Positions 57,244 to 64,000 of a stretch of 64,000 nt of DNA are shown here, piece after piece. The position numbers were made by a program, and so were the translations under genes. The first letter of the stretch is position 1; each line of letters starts with the position of its first letter. This DNA comes from an uncultured Gemmatimonadales bacterium (GTDB lineage Bacteria > Gemmatimonadota > Gemmatimonadetes > Gemmatimonadales > GWC2-71-9). The DNA is taken from the NCBI GenBank assembly GCA_963821525.1, contig CAWGED010000008.1, forward strand, positions 1-64,000, read 5' to 3'. The notes under the pieces were generated by a model. That model was not told where the DNA came from. It saw only the letters and a program-made list of their open reading frames with translations, and searched no databases.

Positions 57244-58400
57244 GCGAGCACCTCCTGCAGGCCGCCGAGCAGGATATCGGCCTCGCTGCGGGAAAAGCAG
57301 AGCGGCGGCAGGAGCCGGAGGACCGCCGGATCCGCTGGCGGTGCCGGTCAGGATCCGCCGGGCGAAGAGCGCCCGCTGCACCTCCGCCGCGGGCCGCGGC
57401 ATGCGGAGGCCGAGCAGGAGGCCCCGCCCCTGCACCGTACCGACGCCGAGCGCTGGGCGCCCGCGGCTCAGGTGGGCGCCGACCTCGCCGGCGTTGGCGA
57501 TCAAGCCCCTCCCGCTCGATGACGTCGAGAGTGGCGAGCGCCGCGGCGCAGGGCACCGGCCCGCCGCCGAACGTGCTGCCCAGATCGCCCTGCGCGATGG
57601 TGGCGCTCATCGGTCGGAGCGACCACCGCGCCGATCGGCAGCCCGCCGCCGAGGCCCTTGGCCATGCGTCAGGATGTCGGGCGTGACGCCGAACGACTCC
57701 GCGGCGGTGAACGCGCCGCTGCGGCCGACGCCGCACTGCACCTCGTCGAAGAGCAGCACCGCACCGGCCCGGTCGCAGATCCGGCGCGCGGCCTCGAGGA
57801 ACTCGGGCGCGCAGTCGCGCGCGCCGGCCATCCCCTGCACCGGCTCGACCATCACCGCCGCGACGGTGTCGTCCACCGCCGCCTCCAGCGCCGCGACGTC
57901 GTTGAACGGCACTTGCGGGAGAGCGGCATGCCGGCGCGGCGCGGCTCCGGCTCGTATGCGCGCCGTCGGTAACGGCGAGCGTGGCGACGGTCCGGCCATG
58001 CCAGCCGCCCGCTAACGAGCACGACGAGTTGGCGGCCGGTGGGCTTGCGGGCCAGGAGGAGCGCGTTCTCGTTGGCTTCCGCGCCCGAGTTGCAGAAGAA
58101 GACCCGCCCGAGCGGGTCGGGGCACAGCTCGGCGAGCCGCTCGGCGAGCCCTCGCGGAGCGGATGCGGCACGGCGGTGGAGTAGAAGAGCAGCCGCTGCG
58201 CCTGCTCGGCGATGGCCCGCACGACGTCCGGATGGCTGTGGCCGGTGGCGGCCACCGCGTGCCCGCCGTAGGCGTCGAGCCACTCGGCGCCCGTCCTCAT
58301 CCACCAGCCAGGAGCCGCGGCCGCGGACGGGCCGGACGGGAACTGGGCGTAGACCGGGAGCAGGGCGGCTGGCGTCGCTCCTCGGCGTCTTCAACACGGA
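57240..58400 (-). CDS. argD: Acetylornithine aminotransferase
   Basis: DAYGGHAV..TGHSHP, FCNSGAEANE, WHGRT, VEPVQG, FDEVQCGVGRSG, GSTFGGGP. Confidence 0.92.
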
Positions 58401-59423
58401 AACATCCCCCGCCCCGAAGCCCGGCGCTCTCGCAGACCGAGCGCCAGGTTCATCGCCTGCATCGCCTGGCCCCCGGCGCCCTTGACCAGGTTGTCGATCG
58501 CGCCATCACCTGCACCTCTCGACCGTCGCTCGACTCGGCGGCATGGATCAGCGCCAAGTTGGTGCCGACCGCGTGGGTCAGCTCCGGCGGTGCGTCGGGC
58601 ACCCGGACGAACGGCCGGCCCGCGTAGGCCGTCGCGATACCAGCGCCGCTCATGACCTCCCCGCCTCTTGATCCGCGACCCAGCTGGACATGAGTGGTGA
58701 GATGGATGCCGCGCACGAACGGCCCCGAGTGGGTCATCAGCCGGGCACCTGCGTCGGGGCGCCGGTCCACGCCCGCCAGCGCTGCGACCTCCGCCTCGTG
58801 CCGGTGCCCCAGGACCGAGTAGGCGAAGAGGTTGTGCGCCCGCCGGATGGTGCGTCGTCGGCTCGGGCTGCACACCGGCGCCGCTCGAGCCGGTCACCGC
58901 GAAGAGCGCCGGGGCGCCGACGAGACCGGCGCGGGCCAGCGGGATAGAGCGCGAGCTGCGCGGCGGTGGCGAAACAGCCGGGCGCGGCGATGGCTCGCGC
59001 CCCGGAGCGACGGTCCCCAGCACGTCGGCCAGGCCGTAGGTGAAGCGGGGCACGAGCTCGGGAGCCGGGTGCGCGCCGTAGTAGCGGTCGTAGAGCTGGA
59101 GGTCCCGGACCCGGAAGTCGGCGGCCAGATCCACCACGAGGCCCGGCGCCCGCGATCGAACACCTCGGCCGCCAGCTGCGACGATTCGCCGTGCTCGAGG
59201 GCCAGGAACACCACGTCCCGCCGCGCGCAGCTCGGCGGGACGTCGCCGGAGAAGCGGGCGTCGGTGAGCGCGGCGAGCGCCGGATGCACCTCGGCGACCG
59301 GCTTCCCCGCCTGGCTCCGGCTGGTGGCGATGCAATCGGTGACCTCGGGGTGCTGAGAGAGGAGCCGGAGCAGCTCGCCGCCGACGTAGCCGGCGGCGCC
59401 GATGACCGCGACCTACGCCCCAT
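58391..59423 (-). CDS. argC: N-acetyl-gamma-glutamyl-phosphate reductase
   Basis: VIGAAGYVGGELLRLL, VDLAADFR, APGCFATA, TGSSGAG, HRHEAE, IDNLVKGAGGQA. Confidence 0.93.
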
Positions 59424-59450
59424 CAGGTTTATCCGCTGGCAGTCAGGCGC

Positions 59451-60536
59451 TCATGGCGGCCAGCTGGCCACCGACGGAAGACGCCTGACGAGTCTCGATG
59501 GCGCTCCGCACGATGCCGACCAGCTTCGCCGCGTCGCGCAGCGCGTTGTGCGCCGGCAGGCCGAGCGGCGCGTGATGTAGTCACGACCCACCTCGTTGTC
59601 GGTGGCGGGGCCGGTGAGAACGGTGACTCGAGGCCGAAGAGATCCCCGCATCAGGGCGACGGCGCCCCAGCAGCCGACCGGATCGGGCGCCGCCATGACG
59701 TAGGCCACCCCGACGCGCATCAGCTCGGCGTCACGCAGGATGTCCTGCACGCCGTACTCGCCCAGGATGCCATCGCCCAGCTCGGCGACGATCACGTCGG
59801 GCTTGGAGCCGGCGAGACGGTTGAAGATCCCCTTCGCCGCCGGCACCGTCATGCCGGCGTGCGTGCTCGCGATCCCGGCGTCGTTGAAGGTGAGCGCGGC
59901 GACGGCGCCGGCGTCCTGCATGGAGAGCGCGTCGCGCATGAGCGAGACGCCGGTGAGCTTGGCGGCGGCGACCCGGAGCCGCTCCGCGTGAGGCCGCGCA
60001 CCAGCTCCGTCGCGGCGACGGTCTTGCCGGCGTTCATGCAGGTGCCCGCGACGTACACCACCGGGACCTGGGACTCCAGCGGTCCGCCGGAGGCACCGCG
60101 TGATCCCGGATGTGCGCGGGACGGCCGATCCGGTCGCCCAGCTCGGGGAAGGCGAGCACGGCGCCGAGCACCTCGGCCCGGAACGGCGGGCCGATGTCGG
60201 GATTGGCCGAGGTGCAGCGGCCGAGGATTCCGCCGAGGTTGAGCACCTCGATCGTGTCGCCCACCGCGATCCGTGCAGGCACCTCGCCGGCGTAGCCGCG
60301 GAGCGCCCGCCGGGCGCCGAGGTGCCGGCCAGCACGTCGCCCGCCCGGAGCGACACCATCCGGCCGGTCACGTCCTCGACCGTGTTGTAGGTGGACTTGT
60401 CGGCCAGGATGCGGACCGCGAGCACGTAGCCTTCGGCGGCGACGATCTCGTCGCCGACGATGACCTCGGGCGCGAGGTGCGCGTTCCGGGTGGAGGAGGC
60501 GATGCGGTCGAGCCGGAGCCGTGTGGTGATTACCAT
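59451..60536 (-). CDS. Uncharacterised DUF1611-like P-loop protein embedded in the arg operon (orfX)
   Basis: Joined frames: N-terminal beta domain (G.RRALRGYAG..P, LNLGGILG), VAGTCMNAGKT, AAAKLTG, DAGIAST, VIVAELGDGILG, LTGPATDN. Confidence 0.75.
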   Translation of the reverse strand: MVITTRLRLDRIASSTRNAHLAPEVIVGDEIVAAEGYVLAVRILADKSTYNTVEDVTGRMVSLRAGDVLAGTSAPGGRSAATPARCLHGSRWATRSRCSTSAESSAAAPRPIPTSARRSGPRCSAPCSPSPSWATGSAVPRTSGITRCLRRTAGVPGPGGVRRGHLHERRQDRRRDGAGARPHAERLRVAAAKLTGVSLMRDALSMQDAGAVAALTFNDAGIASTHAGMTVPAAKGIFNRLAGSKPDVIVAELGDGILGEYGVQDILRDAELMRVGVAYVMAAPDPVGCWGAVALMRGSLRPRVTVLTGPATDNEVGRDYITRRSACRRTTRCATRRSWSASCGAPSRLVRRLPSVASWPP

Positions 60537-60559
60537 TGGATCTCTGTTGAGTAATGTCT

Positions 60560-60650
60560 AGAGTCGACAGTCGATGGTCGTGGTCAGTGCCTTGAGTCCT
60601 GGCGAGCCTGACCCTCGACCCATGACCATCGACTATCGACCGTCGACCCG
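60560..60650. repeat. Heptamer-based palindromic intergenic element
   Basis: GTCGACAGTCGATGGTCGTGGTCA ... TGACCATCGACTATCGACCGTCGAC imperfect inverted arrays. Confidence 0.7.
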
Positions 60651-61831
60651 TTCCCTTCCCAGCCACCCGCGCCGCCAGCAGCTCCGGAATCGCCGCGACC
60701 CGGGCGAAGGCCCGGGCCTCGTCGCCCGTCCAGAGCCGGTTCTCCTCGCCGTAGGTGGCGACACGCGGTCCATCATCGAGTGAGGGCTGCGGGCGCCGAC
60801 GACCTGGAAGCGGCCGGGCGCGAGCCGCACGCGGGTCTCGCCGTCGACCCGCTGCTGCGAGCTGGTGATCAGCGCCTCGATGTCGCGCAGGGCCGGGTCG
60901 AAGTAGTGCCCTTCGTGCAGCCGGTCGCCGTAGAAGCGGGCCAGCTGGTCCTTCCAGAAGGTCTGCCACTTGGTGAGCACCAGCTTCTCGAGCTCGCGGT
61001 GCGCCGCGATGAGCAGCAGCGCGGCGCCGGCCTCGAAGCCGATCCGGCCCTTGATGCCGAGCGCGGTCTCGCCGACGTGGATGTTGCGGCCGAAGCCGTA
61101 GGCGAGGCCCAGGTCGCCGAGCCGACGAATCAGCTCCGGGCCGTCCAGCGCCTCGCCATCGAGCGCGACCGGGAGCCCGCCGGCCCAGCCGAGCACGATC
61201 TCGCTCGGAGCCGGCGCGTCCGCGGGCGGCTCGAGCAGCTCGGCCGGCGGGCCGGCCCAGGTGTCGTGGGTCCATCCGCCGCCCCAGGTCGTGCCCCACA
61301 GTCCGCGGTTGATGGAGTAGGCGCCGGCCTTGGGAGGCACCGGCAGCCCGCGCTGCTGGAGGTAGGCGATGGCTGCGTCCCGCGAGAGCCCCTCGTCGCG
61401 GATGGGCGTGACGATCTCGAGGTCGGGCGCCAGGACCCGGAAGGCGACGTCGAACCGGACCTGGTCGTTCCCGGCGCCGGTCGAGCCGTGGGCCACGGCC
61501 CTGGCGCCGATGCTCCGCGCCACCTCGATGACCGAGATCGCCTGCTGGGTCCGCTCGGCCGCGACGCTCAGCGGGTAGACCTCGCCCCGCAGCACGTTGC
61601 CCTGGATCAGGAAGCGGACGAAGCGATCGAAGACCTGCTCCCGGGCGTCCACCTCGTGGTGCTCAACGGCCCCGACCGCCTCGGCCTGGCGCCGGATGGC
61701 GTCGCGTTCCTCGGCGGTGGCGCCGCCGGTGTTGACGTAGACGGTATGGACCCGCGCCCCGGCTCGGCCAGCCGGGGGACGCAGTACGAGGTATCGAGCC
61801 CGCCGGAGAAGGCCAGGGCGACAGTTTGCAT
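60633..61831 (-). CDS. argG: Argininosuccinate synthase
   Basis: VALAFSGGLDTSYC, YPLSVAAER, AHGSTGAGNDQVRFD, GIKGRIGFEA. Confidence 0.95.
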
Positions 61832-61850
61832 AGTAGATATTTATGCAATC
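61826..61850 (-). promoter_or_regulatory. ARG-box-like operator overlapping the argG start
   Basis: AT-rich TTGCATA-N9-TATGCAA perfect inverted repeat; minus strand TGCATAAATAT resembles an ARG box half-site; argR is in the same operon. Confidence 0.65.
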
Positions 61851-61975
61851 ATGCCGTCTCTCGCAACCCCGTCCCCTGACTCAAGACTGTGTCCCTCATC
61901 ACCGGGGACAAATTGCGCGGTTGCTCCCCCCACGCCTCTCACCTACGCTTGAGGGGCCTTCTGCAAGGACCAAAC

Positions 61976-62212
61976 ATGGTTCCCTCTGATCCAGACTTTT
62001 CCGATGTCCAAGGCGGCGCCTCCTCGACTGCCCCAAGTGGACAGGGCGCCCAGACCTACACGGTGGCCAAGGGCGATACCCTCTCCAAGATCGCCAAGCA
62101 GTTCTATGGCGACGCCAAGCAGTGGAAGAAGATTTTCGAGGCCAACAGCGACAGCATCAAGAATCCTGACCTGATCCATCCGGGCCAGGTGCTCAAGATC
62201 CCCGCTGCATGA
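61976..62212 (+). CDS. Small LysM-domain protein
   Basis: YTVAKGDTLSKIAKQFYGDAKQWKKIFEAN...NPDLIHPGQVLKIP. Confidence 0.92.
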   Translation: MVPSDPDFSDVQGGASSTAPSGQGAQTYTVAKGDTLSKIAKQFYGDAKQWKKIFEANSDSIKNPDLIHPGQVLKIPAA

Positions 62213-62229
62213 ACCGACAGGATGCCATC

Positions 62230-62688
62230 ATGAGAGCCCAACGATTCAACCGAGGCGCCCGGCTGCTGTTGCTCGGCGCCCTGATTGTTTTGGGGTGCAA
62301 GAAACCGGCGCCACCGCCCGCTCAGGAGACCGCGGCCCCGGCCGCCCCGACCGGCGTCACCGTCGCCTCGATCCAGCTCGGCAGCCAGATCGGGGCCGAC
62401 AAATCGGTCACGGCGCCGAAGAGCACCTTTGCCCCGCGCGATACCATCTACGCCGTTATCAGCACGACCGGTGTCGCGACCGACGCGTCGCTGGAAGCGA
62501 TATGGACGTATGTGGGAAGCAAGGAGAAGCAGATCAACCAGGCCTCACAGTCGATCTCACCCACCGGCCCGGCGCAGAGCGAATTTCATATCGCCAAGGC
62601 AACAGCGTGGCCGGAGGGGAAATACCGCGTTGCCATTCTACTGAACGGAGCCACGGCCGGGACAAAGGACTTCGAGGTGAAGAAGTAG
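62230..62688 (+). CDS. Hypothetical lipoprotein
   Basis: Lipobox VLGC, Pro/Ala linker, Ig-like beta domain (WPEGKYRVAILLNG). Confidence 0.8.
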   Translation: MRAQRFNRGARLLLLGALIVLGCKKPAPPPAQETAAPAAPTGVTVASIQLGSQIGADKSVTAPKSTFAPRDTIYAVISTTGVATDASLEAIWTYVGSKEKQINQASQSISPTGPAQSEFHIAKATAWPEGKYRVAILLNGATAGTKDFEVKK

Positions 62689-62697
62689 AGGAGGCGG

Positions 62698-64000
62698 TTA
62701 CCACCGCTCGGCAAGCGCACGCACGAGAGCACCGAGATTGGCCACGTCGCGGAGGTCAATCACTTCGGCGGGCGAGTGCGAGTAGCGCAGGGGCCACCCG
62801 ATGGCGACGTCGGGGACGCCCCACGCCGAGAAGGTGGACCCATCGTTCCCGCCATTGGTCGTGCCTACCTGGAGCGGGATGGCGGATCCGCGAGCCAGCG
62901 TGACCAGCGAATCCAGATAAGCCGGGGGAGTCACCGAGCTGTTATCGAGAGCCCGGGCCACCGGCCCTTTGCCCAGTGGGGCGAGTCCGAAGCTCTTCGG
63001 CTCGAGTGGGCTATCCGCTGAGACGAAGGTGTCGATCGCGTGAACCCGTGAGGTCGAAACGCCCAGCGAATTGGCCACCGCCTGGGCCCCTTGCAGGCCA
63101 ATTTCTTCCCTCACACTCCAGACGAAAATCACCCGGTGCTTGAGGCGGTCAGGATCAAGTCGCCGCACGGCTAGAAGGAGAGCGGTACAGCCGACCCGGT
63201 CGTCGAATGACCGGCCGGTAGACCGGTTGCCGGCGAGGCGCACGTACTGCTTCGGCATGGTGAGCGTACTCCCCACCACGATCCCGAGAGCTTCCGCCTT
63301 CTCTCTGCTGTCGACCCCAGGATCCGCGCGGATCGCCGAGGGCGAACGGCGCGGTGCCGAATCGACCTTTTCTCTCGGGAGAAAGATCGCAGGCACCGGT
63401 CCGCCCGCTGTGTGAACCAACGCAGGCTGCGCCTCGAACAACGATGGGAAGAATCCGCCCAGCGCGGTGAGATCGAGTGTGCCGTCATCGCGGATGGCGG
63501 AGACCCGGAATCCGATCTCGTCGAGATGCGCGACAATGACGGTCACCGGGTCGCCTTTGCCCAAGTCGAGCCAGAGGTTGCCTGCGGTGTCCACCGTGGG
63601 ACGAGCCCACGAGGGCAACAGTCGCTTGACTGTCTCGCGTACCGAGTCCTCCGCACCGGAAGCCCCGTAGCTCTCGACCAGCGTACCCAGCACGCTGTCG
63701 GCAGAGGCAAGAGAGGGCGGGAGCGTCGTGCGGCTGATTGGCGCTGTTCTCGAAGCACTTGTCGTGATCAGGTCGCCTGGAGATGCAGTCCCACCGATCC
63801 ATTGCGCGACCCGCTGCTGGATCTGGACCACGTCCGCGAGAGATACCGTTTCGACCGGCGTATCGGCGAATCGCGCAGGGAGACTCAGCTGCATCACCTC
63901 CCGCATGCTGGCGGACGGCGGGAGCCGGGAAGGCTGCGGCTCGAGATTGCGGCCGAGTGAATCGGGCTGCCCGTCAACCAGTAGCACTTGATCGAACGGG
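62698..64000 (-). CDS. M42-family (M20/M25/M40 clan) aminopeptidase, 5' part outside the window
   Basis: GASGAE, IVAHLDEIG, SFDDRVG, VREEIGL, AIDT, GGNDG, LRYSHSPAEV. Confidence 0.9.
   Translation of the reverse strand, partial: PFDQVLLVDGQPDSLGRNLEPQPSRLPPSASMREVMQLSLPARFADTPVETVSLADVVQIQQRVAQWIGGTASPGDLITTSASRTAPISRTTLPPSLASADSVLGTLVESYGASGAEDSVRETVKRLLPSWARPTVDTAGNLWLDLGKGDPVTVIVAHLDEIGFRVSAIRDDGTLDLTALGGFFPSLFEAQPALVHTAGGPVPAIFLPREKVDSAPRRSPSAIRADPGVDSREKAEALGIVVGSTLTMPKQYVRLAGNRSTGRSFDDRVGCTALLLAVRRLDPDRLKHRVIFVWSVREEIGLQGAQAVANSLGVSTSRVHAIDTFVSADSPLEPKSFGLAPLGKGPVARALDNSSVTPPAYLDSLVTLARGSAIPLQVGTTNGGNDGSTFSAWGVPDVAIGWPLRYSHSPAEVIDLRDVANLGALVRALAERW

Noticed and set aside
48000..64000. 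Genomic island carrying an arg operon
   Set aside because: No mobility genes or att sites, and genes are broken at the boundary; a chimeric assembly is more parsimonious

Overview
High-GC bacterial DNA with pervasive single-base indels. Almost every gene is split across frames, which I read as uncorrected long-read error rather than mass pseudogenisation, so many coordinates are approximate. The window looks like two unrelated segments joined at about 47.95-48.04 kb. Segment 1 (1-~47.95 kb) has strong CTC/GTC/TCG codon usage and resembles a Thermoleophilia/Gaiellales-type actinobacterium (inference). It opens with a short accessory zone: PfpI, IS110-like and IS5 remnants, and a vanadium haloperoxidase/PAP2 gene. 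Core genes follow: ruvCAB, recJ, rel, phosphomannomutase, ccmEF, hpt, a translationally coupled metallophosphoesterase-cpgS-pgk2 (cyclic 2,3-diphosphoglycerate) operon, queG, a fused PafBC-like double-WYL regulator, a two-component system, queA-tgt-yajC-secDF, a DEAD-box helicase and greA. Segment 2 (~48-64 kb) has different codon usage and heptamer-repeat intergenic regions and looks Gemmatimonadota-like (inference). It holds a D-aminoacylase, a CPA2 antiporter, an arginine operon (argG-orfX-argC-argD-argF'-argB-argE-argH-argR), a LysM protein, a lipoprotein and an M42 peptidase. The two best leads: (i) orfX, a DUF1611/DgcN-like P-loop protein inside an arg operon with no argA/argJ, is a candidate new N-acetylglutamate synthase; (ii) the Icc-like phosphoesterase coupled to cpgS-pgk2 is a candidate cDPG hydrolase. 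No rRNA, tRNA or CRISPR array was seen.
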